A stretch of DNA of 51,722 nt, the filler included, from Nitrospinota bacterium (lineage in GTDB: Bacteria; JADFOP01): the NCBI GenBank assembly GCA_022562795.1. It is 3 parts of 3 records of this genome, joined end to end, with 100 filler letters (N's around TTAATTAATTAA, not from the genome) between each part and the next. Parts side by side here need not be neighbours in the genome. Positions count along the whole stretch, not along the records: positions 1 to 17,423 come from JADFOP010000043.1; positions 17,524 to 34,581 come from JADFOP010000044.1; 1 more part is not named here. One strand, written 5' to 3'. The notes under the pieces are model-generated. The model saw nothing but the letters and a program-made list of their open reading frames with translations, was not told the DNA's origin and made no database searches. Both the position numbers and the translations under genes were made by a program. Of the stretch, positions 9,028 through 19,824 are shown in pieces; positions within the stretch are counted from its first letter, which is position 1, and every line of letters begins with the position of its first letter.

Positions 9028-10457
9028 CACACCCTGTCCACCTCCGTGTAGTAGGCATCACCACACGGGATTGTGATGCCCTCTTCCTCCCGATAGAGGC
9101 GAAGCTTGTTTCGAATGGTCCTTAGACTGACGTCTAGCATCTTTGCTGCCTTGGTCCGATTGCCCCTAGTCGCCTCCAAGGTCTTGAGAATCAGGCGCTT
9201 TTCCATCTCTCGGACCGAAAGACCCGCGGAAAGCTCAAGGTCCGACGGCTGCAAAGCCCAGGAGCCTTCTAGGTCCATGTCCGACGGGCCTATCTTGTCT
9301 CCGGCGCAGAAAATTACTGCCCTTATAATGGCGTTTTCCAGCTCCCGGATATTTCCGGGCCAGGGGTAGCCGAGCATCTTTTCCACACACTGAGGGGCGA
9401 AGCCCGTTATCTCCCTTCCCGCCAGCTGACTAGAGTCCTTGAGGAAGAACTCTGCAAGGAAGACGATGTCATCTTTCCGCTCCCTGAGCGGTGGAATAGT
9501 GAGGGTCACCACCTTGAGCCGGTAGTAGAGGTCCTCCCGGAAGCGGCCCTTTTCGACCTCCTTCCGGACGTCTTTGTTGGTGGTAGCGATAATCCGAACA
9601 TCGATGGAAATCGGCGACTTGCCCCCTATCCGATCTACCTCCCTTTCTTGAATAGCTCGAAGGAGCTTGGCCTGCAGGCTCGTCTGCATCTCGCTGATTT
9701 CGTCGAGCAGGAGGGTTCCTTTGTTGGCAAGCTCAAACTTCCCCTCTCTCTGAGCAACCGCGCCCGTAAAGGCCCCCTTCTCGTGTCCAAAAAGCTCGCT
9801 TTCCAGGAGGTTTTCGTTCAGGGCAGCGCAATTGACGGCCACGAAAGGCCCATTTTTTCGCCCGGAGTTGCGGTGGATTAAGCGGGCCAGGAGCTCCTTG
9901 CCAGTGCCACTCTCGCCCGTTATGAGGACCGTGGCGTCGGTTGCCGCGACTACTTGGGCCTTTTGCTCCACCTCCTTCGAGCGAGAGTCTTGGCAGAGAA
10001 ATTGAGCCCGCCTTTTGAGCTTTTTCCCGACCCCCCCAAGAGTGGTCACTGGCTGAGGGCGTCCCCGCTTCCGCCAAAAAATGCGCTTCACCACTTCTTC
10101 CAGCTTCTGGATGGGGAAGGGCTTGACGAGGAACTCATCGGCCCCTCGCTTCATAGCTTCAACGGCCTCCTCCACATCCCCGAAGGCAGTCACTACAACC
10201 ACGGCTGTATCGGGCGAGCGCTCCTTCACCTTACTCAGCACATCCATGCCTCCGGTCTTGGGCATGCGCAGGTCGGTGATCACAATCCCGAATTTTTGGC
10301 CGTCGAACTTCGCCAGGCCATCGGCTCCGTCTCGGGCCACGGTCACGTTGTAGCCCTTGTGTATCAGAGCCTGAGACAATGCGTGGCGCATCTGGTAGTC
10401 GTCGTCCACAACCAAGATGGAAGGGGGTTTCCCGTCAACGAGCGGATTTTCCGGCAT
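9027..10457 (-). CDS. Sigma-54-dependent response regulator, FleR/FlrC-like
   Basis: REC, AAA+ ([22 protein letters not shown]) and [15 protein letters not shown]. It lies between a PAS kinase and fliF, as fleR/flrC does. Confidence 0.88.
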   Translation of the reverse strand: MPENPLVDGKPPSILVVDDDYQMRHALSQALIHKGYNVTVARDGADGLAKFDGQKFGIVITDLRMPKTGGMDVLSKVKERSPDTAVVVVTAFGDVEEAVEAMKRGADEFLVKPFPIQKLEEVVKRIFWRKRGRPQPVTTLGGVGKKLKRRAQFLCQDSRSKEVEQKAQVVAATDATVLITGESGTGKELLARLIHRNSGRKNGPFVAVNCAALNENLLESELFGHEKGAFTGAVAQREGKFELANKGTLLLDEISEMQTSLQAKLLRAIQEREVDRIGGKSPISIDVRIIATTNKDVRKEVEKGRFREDLYYRLKVVTLTIPPLRERKDDIVFLAEFFLKDSSQLAGREITGFAPQCVEKMLGYPWPGNIRELENAIIRAVIFCAGDKIGPSDMDLEGSWALQPSDLELSAGLSVREMEKRLILKTLEATRGNRTKAAKMLDVSLRTIRNKLRLYREEEGITIPCGDAYYTEVDRV

Positions 10458-11775
10458 AATTTGCTTCCCCTCGTTCAGATAGGTGACTCTGCAACTCCAA
10501 GACCCCCGGCAGCAGGACGGTAAATGAGGTGCCCCGGCCCGGGTCGCTCTCTACGTCTATGGAGCCCCGGTGGACTTCCACGATCTTATGGGCGATGGCG
10601 AGGCCTAATCCCGTGCCCTTCGGGCGGGTCGTGAAAAAGGGATGAAAGATACGCTCCAACAGCTTGGGGGCGATCCCGTGGCCGGTATCAGCGATCTGAA
10701 GCTCTACATCAACGGGGGAGTAAGACCCATCGGCGCCGTCGGGCTCGGCAATGCCAAGAGCCACAGGCCGCTGGCGAGCTGATACCTTGATTCGTCCTCC
10801 CTCGGGCATCGCCTGTAAGGCATTAACCAACAAGTTTAGCCAGAGCTGACTTAGAAGCTCTCTATCGCCCAAGGCGAACGGGAGCCCCTCATCGACCTCG
10901 AGCTCAGCTCCCACCGCCTGGCCCTCGAGCATTGGCCGTATGAAACCCAGGGTCTCTTCGAGGTGCTCCTTCACGTTGATGGGGACGAATTGCGAAGAAG
11001 GCTCCTGGTTGATGAGGAGCATATTGGAGACGATGAGCTTTAGGCTCCTAACACCCCTCAGAATGTGCTCCAGGTTCTCCCCCCAGGCAGGCTCATCGGG
11101 GGCCTCCTCGAGTAGCCTCTCTGTGAGGGACGCGTGAAGCTCTATGCTGCCCAGGGGATTTCTAATCTCGTGGGCCAAAGCGGCTACCATCTCGCCCATG
11201 GCCGAAAGCTGGTTGGCACGTTGTACCTGTTTCTCCAGGCGTTTCAGTCGGGTAACCTCCTCCAGGATCGCTACCGTGCCGTTGCGCCGCCGTGCCCCGT
11301 CGTACAGGGGACATAAGGAGACTAGAAGATACCGCCGGTTATGGCTCCCGGCTCGCCGGAAAGAGCACTCCGCGGGTGTGGACCAATCCCGCTCTTGCAA
11401 GTTGATGGGCCTTGGGCCCTCCCAGTTGTCCAACTTCTCGAAGACCCCGGTCAAGGGCTGGCTTAGAAGTCCCAAAGGATCGCATTCCCAAATTGCACCC
11501 ACAGCGCGGTTTACCGTGGTCACCACCCCATCCATATCGGCTACCAGGATCCCGCACGAGACGCTCTCTAGAATGTTTTTCAAGTGGTTCTTGATGCGGT
11601 CCTTCTCCTGGAGGTTGGTCTCCAGGTCAGCCGAAAGGGTGGAAATGTAGGACTTGAGGCTTCCGTAGGTGTATCGGAGCCGCTCAGTGGTGTCGTTAAA
11701 ACTAAACACGACATTGGCAGGGCGCTCCAGGTCCTCTGGAGGACCCTCCTGACCGACGCTTCGACTCTCGCTCAT
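10435..11775 (-). CDS. Cytoplasmic PAS histidine kinase, FleS/FlrB-like
   Basis: [16 protein letters not shown] coiled coil, PAS, H-box [29 protein letters not shown]. The start is uncertain (11775 preferred). Confidence 0.85.
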   Translation of the reverse strand: MSESRSVGQEGPPEDLERPANVVFSFNDTTERLRYTYGSLKSYISTLSADLETNLQEKDRIKNHLKNILESVSCGILVADMDGVVTTVNRAVGAIWECDPLGLLSQPLTGVFEKLDNWEGPRPINLQERDWSTPAECSFRRAGSHNRRYLLVSLCPLYDGARRRNGTVAILEEVTRLKRLEKQVQRANQLSAMGEMVAALAHEIRNPLGSIELHASLTERLLEEAPDEPAWGENLEHILRGVRSLKLIVSNMLLINQEPSSQFVPINVKEHLEETLGFIRPMLEGQAVGAELEVDEGLPFALGDRELLSQLWLNLLVNALQAMPEGGRIKVSARQRPVALGIAEPDGADGSYSPVDVELQIADTGHGIAPKLLERIFHPFFTTRPKGTGLGLAIAHKIVEVHRGSIDVESDPGRGTSFTVLLPGVLELQSHLSERGEANYAGKSAR

Positions 11776-11885
11776 CTTGTAAGCACCGCCCCTGCCACTG
11801 TTCCTTCCTCTCGAGGGCTCCAGGGTATTCGGCAGCCACCTTGGGCTCATAGCGCCTAACGCTCCGTACTGACTCAATGGAACCG

Positions 11886-11901
11886 TGCAAGAATACTGCC
11901 A
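11886..11901 (-). promoter_or_regulatory. Sigma-54 (-24/-12) promoter upstream of the fleS-like gene
   Basis: Minus strand TGGCAG-TATTC-TTGCA versus consensus TGGCAC-N5-TTGCW, with correct spacing. Confidence 0.7.
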
Positions 11902-11942
11902 TGTTCCGGCAAATAGTTCCTGCCAATCAATAATAGGAGTGT

Positions 11943-11955
11943 TTTCAAAGAGTTG
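11943..11955. promoter_or_regulatory. Candidate IHF site
   Basis: TTTCAAAGAGTTG has one mismatch to WATCAANNNNTTR and lies about 40 bp upstream of the -24 element, where IHF sits in sigma-54 promoters. Confidence 0.45.
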
Positions 11956-12229
11956 AGAAACTACAGGAGGGGACTGGAGAGGTTAAATATGCACTTCGCC
12001 CTGATGTCGTTCGTCGAAATTCCGTCGCAGGGTCAGTGTCCTTGACACTATGACGTTCGGATCACCCAGGCATTCGGGGCGCCTTTTCCCAAAGGAGGGA
12101 ACGAATTTTCCTGATGCGCTGTTGGCCTACCGGGCGACTATCCTAGATTGTGAGAAGATAGATGGTGTTTGGGAAGTAAATATGAGCAGTGAAGTATTGC
12201 TTCAAAGGCCAGTCCAGGGCGCGGTAAGG

Positions 12230-13474
12230 TTATACGCCTTGGGCGGCCTTGGGGAGGGAGATGGTCACGGTCGTGCCCCGGCCCACAGCGCTCTCGACCT
12301 CCACATCACCCTGCTGCGATTTAATAAGATTGTGTGTCATTGCCATGCCCATACCAAACCCATCGTCTCCTTTGGTGGTGAAGAAGGGCTCAAAAATCCT
12401 GGAGCGAACTTCCTGGGACATACCAACACCGGTGTCGCTGACGGCAATGTGAACCGTTCCGCTCCCCTCCCATGTTCGAATGGTCAGCTTTCCACCTTTA
12501 GGCATTGCCTGGATGGAGTTCAAAACGACGTTGATCAGGGCCTCCCTTAGCAGGGCCGCATCGGCCAAGATCGGCCTTTCCAACTTCAAGTCCTTTTGAA
12601 TCTCGATGGATATTCCTTTCGCCAGGACCTCTTTGAATTTGACCCGGAGCATCTCAAGCACGTCCTCTGCCAACTCGTTCAGGTCCACCGGTGTGACCCG
12701 AGGACCAGCCGCCGTCCTAGAGGTAAGTTCATGTAGACGCCTTACGGTCTCGGTCGCGTCCATGACCGTCCGCTCCATGACATCGAGGATACGAAAAGCC
12801 TCCTTGTCGGATTGATCTAGGCGAGGGCTGAGCAGATAGAGGTTTCCAAGGATAAGGCCCAAGAAGTTGTTGAAGTCGTGCGTTTTTCCAATGGCCCTCT
12901 TTGCGAGCACCTCAAACGTTTCGGTCAGGAGGAGCTTCTCCCGGGCCTCGTTCAACCCCTGCCTGGTCTGGTAAAGCTCCCAGGCCGTGGCCAGATGCCG
13001 GGCGAAAATACCCAGGATGGCGTCATCCCACGAGGTGAACCTCTCGGGGCTTGGGCTTAAAAGGACAAATGCCCCCACCGACCGCCCATCCACTACCAAG
13101 GGGGCTCCAAGAAGGGCTCTATGAGCAGTGACCTCGAGGAGAGTTCGATTGCCCCAACGAGGCTCTCGAGAAAGGTCCCGAACAACAAGGGGCCTCCCGC
13201 GACGCATAAGCTCTTTTACGAAAGGCTCGTCAGCCCTGAGCACCTCCTCGACTCTATTGCGGTCCGCTCCGGAGACTCCAGCAAGCTGGAGCTGCCCTGA
13301 GACCTCATCCACGCTCCACATTAGCACGAGCGAAACGCCCCAGATACGATTAGCCACATCGGCCAGGGCCGCTGTGATTGTATCGGGCTCACCCCCTAGG
13401 TCTGACTGGCGAAGGAACGAGACCATGGAGTTCAACATCCTCGCCCTTTTCCCTCTATCGCGACGCCGCGCCAT
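12230..13474 (-). CDS. GAF-domain sensor histidine kinase (cytoplasmic)
   Basis: GAF segment (LLGAPLVVDGRSVGAFVL...FTSWDDAIL), H-box THDFNNFLG, NVVLNSIQAM, DTGVGM, FFTTK, GFGMGM. Confidence 0.88.
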   Translation of the reverse strand: MARRRDRGKRARMLNSMVSFLRQSDLGGEPDTITAALADVANRIWGVSLVLMWSVDEVSGQLQLAGVSGADRNRVEEVLRADEPFVKELMRRGRPLVVRDLSREPRWGNRTLLEVTAHRALLGAPLVVDGRSVGAFVLLSPSPERFTSWDDAILGIFARHLATAWELYQTRQGLNEAREKLLLTETFEVLAKRAIGKTHDFNNFLGLILGNLYLLSPRLDQSDKEAFRILDVMERTVMDATETVRRLHELTSRTAAGPRVTPVDLNELAEDVLEMLRVKFKEVLAKGISIEIQKDLKLERPILADAALLREALINVVLNSIQAMPKGGKLTIRTWEGSGTVHIAVSDTGVGMSQEVRSRIFEPFFTTKGDDGFGMGMAMTHNLIKSQQGDVEVESAVGRGTTVTISLPKAAQGV

Positions 13475-13578
13475 AAGGCCTCCTTGCTCTTCCCGCCGCT
13501 TCCAAAACTAACCCCCCCTCCCTGGGGGTTTTAGTTCCCTCGGCCACATCTTTGGGACCACCCCACTTCCGAAAGATA

Positions 13579-13594
13579 AGCAAAATTCGTTCCA
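13579..13594 (-). promoter_or_regulatory. Sigma-54 promoter upstream of the GAF kinase
   Basis: Minus strand TGGAAC-GAATT-TTGCT with correct GG-N10-GC spacing, about 105 nt upstream of the ATG. Confidence 0.6.
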
Positions 13595-13730
13595 GGGCGT
13601 GGCAGCAAACGTTACCCTGCTGGGGGGGCAGCCCTAAAGGTCTATTAACAAACGCGGTGCGGGATGCAGGATATTTGGCAAGACCCCGGAGCCGGGGGCA
13701 TGGAGGCAGGAGGTGCGTCTTTTAGTGGTG

Positions 13731-15248
13731 TTACTCCGACAAAGGGATAGAAGTCGAGGGGTGCTTCGAATGGCCTAACTCATTAGAACCAAGGGGCATA
13801 TCGTCACTGCGTCCGGGGGGACCCACATCGGTAAAATCCGTGCGACTTAGTGTGGCTTTCTTCATGATTCGCTGGAATGTGCGTCTTTCCATCCCTGAAG
13901 CGCTCGCCGCCTTGGAGACGTTCCCCCCGTGTTTTTCCAGCTGGGCCTTAACGTAATTATACTGGAACTTATCCAAGAAAAGCCGCTTGGCCTCCTTGTA
14001 AGTATGACCTGACGAATCCAAAGTGGAGACCAAGAGACTGGGTGAGGGTGTCGATTTAATGAACTTGGGTGAGAGGTCATCCACGGTTATCTCATCTTTC
14101 GGGCATAAGGCCACGATTCGGGCCACCTCATTCTCGAGCTCCCGGACGTTTCCTGGCCAAGGATGCTCCATCATCGCCTCGACGGCTGTCGCGGTGAAGA
14201 CCTTGGAGGGTGTGTTTAGCTCCGAAGCTGCTTTGGTCAGAAAATTTTGGATTAGCAACGGAATGTCTTCGGTCCGTTCCCTCAGCGGAGGCAAGTGAAT
14301 GGGAATGACATGGAGACGGTAGAAGAGGTCGGACCTAAACTTCCCTTCCTCGACCATTTCGGCCAAAGGCTGATTCGTTGCAGCAACAACCCTGAGGTCT
14401 ACTTTAACCGGGCGGGTGTCGCCAACCCTACGGACTTCACCTAGCTGCAAGGCCCTCAGGAGCTTGGGCTGCAAGGATATATCCATGTCGCCGATCTCGT
14501 CGAAGAAGACCGTTCCGCCATCTGCAACCTCCAGCAGACCTCTCTTGGACTGGTACGCGCCGGTAAAGGCCCCCTTGACATATCCGAAAAGCTCGCTGGT
14601 CAGGAGGGTTCCAGAAAGAGCACTACAGTCTACAACGACAAGGGGCTTGGTGTGCCTGGCGCTTAAGTCGTGGATGGCCGCAGCCACCAGCTCCTTGCCT
14701 GTCCCGGTCTCGCCTTCTATAAGCACAGTGGCGTCGGATCGCGCGGCGCGCTGGATGGTCTTAAAGACCTCCTGCATCTCGGGGCTTTTACCTATGATTT
14801 GATTGAGGGTCCAGGGCCCTTCGATCCTGCTCCACAGGTATTCGTTTTCCCTCTGGAGCTGCAAGCTCTCGGCACCCCTCCGGATTACGTGGAGAAGCTC
14901 CTCGTCGATCAATGGTTTGGTTATGTAATCATAAGCCCCAAGCTTTAGGGACCTTATGGCCGAGCTGGCGTCATTGAGAGCGGTCACCATGATGACGAGG
15001 GGTTGGCCCAGACTATCTTTAATGGTTTCCAGAAGCTTGAACCCATCGACGTCGGGCATCCTGATATCGGAGATTAAGATGTCTATCGAATTTGAATTGA
15101 GCTTCTTAAGGGCCTCCTTGCCGCCCCTGGCGGTGGTGACGTTCAGGTACGGTTCCCTCTCTACGATAGTCTTGATGAGGTCAACCATCAATGGCTCATC
15201 GTCTACGACCAAAACGTTGAACCTGTCCGAGAGGGAAACCTTTTCCAT
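13731..15248 (-). CDS. Sigma-54-dependent response regulator (NtrC/AtoC family)
   Basis: REC, GETGTGKE, GAFTGA, FFDEIG and HTH (GNVSKAASASGMERRTFQR). The start could be 15248, 15254 or 15266. Confidence 0.9.
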   Translation of the reverse strand: MEKVSLSDRFNVLVVDDEPLMVDLIKTIVEREPYLNVTTARGGKEALKKLNSNSIDILISDIRMPDVDGFKLLETIKDSLGQPLVIMVTALNDASSAIRSLKLGAYDYITKPLIDEELLHVIRRGAESLQLQRENEYLWSRIEGPWTLNQIIGKSPEMQEVFKTIQRAARSDATVLIEGETGTGKELVAAAIHDLSARHTKPLVVVDCSALSGTLLTSELFGYVKGAFTGAYQSKRGLLEVADGGTVFFDEIGDMDISLQPKLLRALQLGEVRRVGDTRPVKVDLRVVAATNQPLAEMVEEGKFRSDLFYRLHVIPIHLPPLRERTEDIPLLIQNFLTKAASELNTPSKVFTATAVEAMMEHPWPGNVRELENEVARIVALCPKDEITVDDLSPKFIKSTPSPSLLVSTLDSSGHTYKEAKRLFLDKFQYNYVKAQLEKHGGNVSKAASASGMERRTFQRIMKKATLSRTDFTDVGPPGRSDDMPLGSNELGHSKHPSTSIPLSE

Positions 15249-16045
15249 GGGCATTCCTTTCACCATTCCCTACTAGAGTCTTCGACCAAACATCCAAGCG
15301 GTCCTGGGATGTGATAAGTCTCGAGCAAGCGCCACCTTGTTTACCAAGCGTCAGCTTTTCGGGGGGGGTATTACACACTAGCCCCCGTTTTACGGTAGAC
15401 TTATAATTACCCTCGGGACGAATCACCCTGCCCACTAAAGAACCGGGTGTTTCAGGTGTAAGTCTTAAGTCCCAGTCCCACGGGACAAAGCCGTACTGAA
15501 ACCTGAGCCTTTATATTGCTGAGGAAATAGAAATCAAAGGAGTATAGTTAAAACGTCAGAATTCAACGAAGAAAATTTTACTGTATACTCCCTCCGACCA
15601 CCCTCCCATCCCACGGGTCACTAAACAATATAAACTCTTCCATGCCTCCGTGTCTAGTCCAAAAATCATTTTCCGACGCACGAGGGGGCTTTTTTTTTCA
15701 ATTACAGGGTCCATATTCCAATGATCAAGATTGGGTATGTGCAAGCCCCGACCCCCTATCTCGATAAGAGCAAGCTACCCAACAGGAAAGGGCGGAAATG
15801 CTAAGACCCCCATTCCCAATCCCTTATTGGGAGTAAGTTTTCAGAAGAACCTGAATATGGTGCTGGTTAGGATTCAGCCGTAAGGATTCCCGCCAACAGC
15901 GACAGGCCTCCTCAACCTTAAGAGATCTCTTTTATCGACAGTCTCATCGTGAAGACTGCCCATTTGAGAGGAGCTCCTGAGGCCTTCTTATTAATACTAT
16001 TTCGACCGAAAGCTTTCGAAACGCGGGCGAGAAGTTTAACTTGTA

Positions 16046-16423
16046 CTATGCGTCCGCATCTATCAGTTCCATTGTTGTGGCTATGACTGAATCTAAATAG
16101 TCAAGGTCGACAGGTTTGGTGATGTATTCTAAGGCTCCTTCGGCCCTGGCCATCCGGGCAAGCTCCTCGTCTCGGACAGCAGCGACCATAATAACACTCG
16201 CTGCCGGGTCAATGACCTTGAGCTCACGCAAGACCTGCAGGCCATCCTTGCCAGGCATCCTCACATCAAGCAGTATTACATCAGGCCTTGCTTGATCGTA
16301 GACTACCAAGGCCTGGTCACCATCGTAGGCCTCGACCACGCTGTAGCCCCTTCCCTCGAGAAACCTCCGAACCATCTCACAGAACAAAGGCTCATCATCA
16401 ACCACCAGGACCTTCTTGTCCAT
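16046..16423 (-). CDS. Single-domain response regulator
   Basis: KVLVVDDEP...ILLDVRMP...YITKP. The usual Thr/Ser switch position reads VIMVAA. Confidence 0.88.
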   Translation of the reverse strand: MDKKVLVVDDEPLFCEMVRRFLEGRGYSVVEAYDGDQALVVYDQARPDVILLDVRMPGKDGLQVLRELKVIDPAASVIMVAAVRDEELARMARAEGALEYITKPVDLDYLDSVIATTMELIDADA

Positions 16424-16431
16424 CCTTACCC

Positions 16432-17423
16432 TCAACTATACACCGCTAGTCGCACGATGAAGGCAGCACCGCCTCCAGGGACGTTCTCGGCCCGTATCGA
16501 GCCCCCATGCGAATCAACAATGCCTTGGCATATTGAAAGCCCCAGGCCCGTCCCCTCGCCTTCGCCCTTCGTGGTGAAGAAGGGGTCGAAGAGCTTGCCG
16601 AGGTGCTCAGGGGCGATGCCTTCTCCCGTATCCTCGACTCGAAGCTTCACAAACTTCTGTCCGTTTGTCTGGACCGACTTGGTGCTCAGAGAGAGTCGGC
16701 CACCTTCGGGCATGGCGTCGCGGGCGTTGGTCAGCAGGTTGAGAACTACCTGCTGGAGCTGGTGTTGGTCTGCCGAGACGGGCGGCAGCCCCTCGGCCAG
16801 TTTCAGATCCAATTCAATGTTATCCAACGTCAGTTCGCGCTCCAAAAGGCCGAGCGTCTGCGTGACAATCTCACCGAGGTCGATCCGACGACGCTCCGGC
16901 TCTCGCTGGCGGGAGAAGTAGAGGAGGTTCTGGGTGATTTTCGCTATCCGGTCGGCTTGTTCTTGGAGAATCCGGAGCTGGTCGGTGGTTGCAGGGTGGC
17001 TATCAGGGTCCTTGATCATCAACTGGAGGCTCATCATGATGATGTTGAGGGGGTTTAGAATCTCGTGGGAGACACCAGCGGTTAGTTTCCCAACAGAGGC
17101 CAGCTTCTCGGATCGGACGAGCTGCGCCTGGGTTCGCTCCATGGCCTCGTACGCCTGTTTAAGCTCTTCGTGGGCCTGCCTCCGCTCCTCCTCCGCCTGC
17201 GTGCGCTCCCGCAGGTCCTTGTTGAAACCAACGGTTCCGGCTTCCTCCCCTTCTTCATCGTAAAGTATGGATGCTGAAATCAAGACGGGGATTTGGCTGC
17301 CGTCCTTCGCCCTAAGGATCGTCTCGAAGGCCGATACCGCACCGTCCTCTTTGCGCATCTGGCGCATCACCTCTTTCGCCCGTTCCTCACTTTCGTAAAG
17401 TAACGTCACACGCTGGCCGAAAA
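16432..17423 (-). CDS. PAS histidine kinase, 5' end cut by the contig end
   Basis: PAS/PAC, SEKLASVGKLTAGVSHEILNPL, NLLTNARDAM, GTGLGL. The frame runs into the N linker. Confidence 0.88.
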
Positions 17424-17523
17424 NNNNNNNNNNNNNNNNNNNNNNNNNNNNNNNNNNNNNNNNNNNNTTAATTAATTAANNNNNNNNNNNNNNNNNNNNN
17501 NNNNNNNNNNNNNNNNNNNNNNN
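17424..17523. other. Artificial contig-joining linker
   Basis: 44 N + TTAATTAATTAA (stops in all six frames) + 44 N. Confidence 0.97.
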
Positions 17524-18161
17524 CTTCTAACAGAGCGAAAAGCTCTCGACAGAATGGCGAGCCGCAACTTTCGCTGGCATCAGCCCAATCGAAGACTGCC
17601 GCGGCGGCGGAGGCGGCTGCCGCGGGCACCACGCTCGGTCAGCTGGCCACTGCCCTCGGTTTTCACGCCTCTGGTGTCCAGATTCAGCCGCTCGAGGCGA
17701 GAAGTTTTGCGGGGCCTTTCGAAGAACTCCGTGACGCGACCGACAACTGGCAGGCGAAACATGGTCGGCGTCCGCGTGTGTTTCTGGTGAAAATGGGCCC
17801 CCTCGCGCAGCATACGGCTCGGGCTGCGTATGCGAAGAATTTCTTTGAAGTCGGCGGCTTTGAAGTGGTGACCGACGACGGATTTCAGACGGATGCCGAC
17901 GCTTCGGTCGCCTCGTTCCGCGAAAGCGGCGCCTCGATCGGTGTGATCTGTTCCTCTGACAAACTCTATCCGGAACTCGTGCCGAAGGTCGCGCGCGAGC
18001 TCCGGGCAGCCGGCGCGCGGTCGGTCGTGTTGGCAGGTAATCCGGGAGACAACGAAGCGACCTGGCGCGATGCTGGCGTTGATCGGTTTATTTTCAAGAA
18101 GTGCGATGTGCTTGCCACGCTGCGAGAAATGCTCCAAGAGGAAGGAGTGTTGACGACATGA
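17524..18161 (+). CDS. mutA: Methylmalonyl-CoA mutase small subunit, C-terminal part (5' truncated)
   Basis: Open from 17526: ...[10 protein letters not shown]...[31 protein letters not shown]...VICSSDKLY...VVLAGNP. ATGA overlap with the large subunit. Confidence 0.85.
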
Positions 18162-19429
18162 CAACCATCCCCGATTTCGCGGTTGTGCCCCTGAACTCCA
18201 CCGCCGGCCGACATGCGAGCAGGAAGGATTGGACCGACCTGGTCGGTGAGCCGCAGCAGCTGCCCGCGTGGCAGACTCCTGAGAAGATTCCCGTCCAAGC
18301 GCTCTACTCCGCGGCTGATCTGGAGGACGTCGACCATCTCGAATCGATGCCGGGCTTCCCGCCTTTTCTGCGCGGGCCGTACGCCACGATGTACGTCACG
18401 CGCCCCTGGACCGTGCGGCAGTACGCCGGCTTTTCCACTGCCAAGGACTCCAATGATTTTTACCGACGCAATTTGGCTGCCGGGCAGATGGGGTTGAGTA
18501 TTGCCTTCGACCTGGCCACGCATCGCGGTTACGACTCCGACCATCCCCGCGTTGTCGGCGACGTGGGCATGGCGGGCGTGGCGATCGACAGCATTGTGGA
18601 CATGCGCACCCTCTTTCAGGGCATTCCCTTGGATCGCATGAGCGTGTCGATGACGATGAACGGCGCCGTGCTGCCGATCATGGCGCTGTACATCGTGGCG
18701 GCCCAAGAGCAGGGCGTGTCACCCGAGCAGCTCGCCGGCACGATTCAGAACGATATTCTCAAAGAATTCATGGTCCGCAACACCTACATCTACCCTCCTG
18801 AGCCAAGCATCCGCATCATTGCGGACATCTTTGACTATACCAGCCGGCGGATGCCCAAGTTCAACAGCATCAGCATTAGCGGTTACCACATGCAAGAGGC
18901 CGGGGCCACGGCCGACCTGGAGCTCGCTTACACTCTGGCGGACGGATTGGAGTACGTGCGGACCGGCATCAAAGCGGGTTTGGAGGTCGACGCCTTCTGC
19001 CCAAGACTCTCCTTCTTCTGGGCAATCGGGATGAACTACTTCATGGAGGTGGCCAAGCTGCGGGCCGCACGCATGATCTGGGCCAAGCTCATCAAGCAGT
19101 TCGAACCCAAAAACCCCAAAAGTCTGTCGCTCAGAACCCATTGCCAAACCAGCGGTTGGAGTCTCACGGCGCAAGACGTCTATAACACCGTCGTTCGCAC
19201 CTGCCTGGAAGCGATGGCCGCTACGCACGGTCATACGCAATCGCTGCACACCAACGCGCTCGACGAGGCGGTGGCCCTGCCGACCGACTTCTCGGCACGC
19301 ATCGCACGCAACACGCAGCTGTTTCTGCAGCAGGAGACCGACACCTGCGACGTGGTCGACGCCTGGGGAGGCAGCTACTATGTAGAGAAACTCACCCACG
19401 ACCTGGCCTGCCGCGAACTCGATGCCTAA
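18158..19429 (+). pseudogene. scpA: Methylmalonyl-CoA mutase large subunit, truncated (no B12-binding domain)
   Basis: RGPYATMY...[12 protein letters not shown]...[11 protein letters not shown]...[11 protein letters not shown]...[15 protein letters not shown], then an abrupt switch at about 19408 to the antisense of a permease. The truncation may be an assembly artefact. Confidence 0.85.
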
Positions 19430-19771
19430 AAGCAGAGTGAGGAAGGCAATATAATAGATCACCATGGTGTGGGTTGAAATGACGTACGCCATGACTGTGG
19501 CCGGCGCGGCACCAGCTCTCCACAGTTCACCTGCTGTAGCCAGTGCCGTGCTTCGACGGGGCGAATGGGTGGCCCCCATGCCCAAGGCGGCCACGACTGC
19601 ACGCAAGGATCCCTGAGCCTCGAGGGTCCGTCGGCGCAGGGGATTGTGAGCCTTCAGGGCCAGCAAGCCCCATACCAGCAGGCCCGGCACCCAGACCCAG
19701 TACATCATCTGGAAGATATGCTTAGAGAGAAAATACGAATAGGTAAGGCCCTCTCGGGCAAATTCAGCCAT
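19395..19771 (-). CDS. Permease (DUF318/ArsP_1-like), N-terminal part, 3' truncated at the junction
   Basis: Multi-[17 protein letters not shown]...[11 protein letters not shown]...[26 protein letters not shown]...[14 protein letters not shown], resembling the L..KGA....MAF.IS/LLG.EF pattern of this family. Confidence 0.6.
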
Positions 19772-19824
19772 CAGAACCTCTTGGCCTCCTTCTCATTCCC
19801 TCAACGAGCCCGAAGAGTTCTCCG

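Noticed and set aside
13505-13535. C-tract/G-tract hairpin AACTAA-CCCCC...GGGGG-TT-TTAGTT as a terminator or operator
   Set aside because: It is imperfect, lies in a 5' leader, and no regulator can be assigned.
15440-15510. Possible c-di-GMP-I riboswitch (GGGACAAAGCC, flanking GTTTCAG/CTGAAAC)
   Set aside because: The GGCAAAC/GNRA P2 element is missing, and the motif lies on the strand opposite the adjacent gene. A covariance-model hit would be needed.
17424-17523. TTAATTAATTAA palindrome flanked by Ns (also at 34582-34681) as a biological repeat or att site
   Set aside because: Both are identical 44N-12-44N constructs with stops in all six frames, which is a contig-concatenation linker.
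18719-19771. 350-aa minus-strand ORF as one real protein
   Set aside because: Only the first ~125 aa are permease. The rest is the antisense of the mutase gene beyond the junction.
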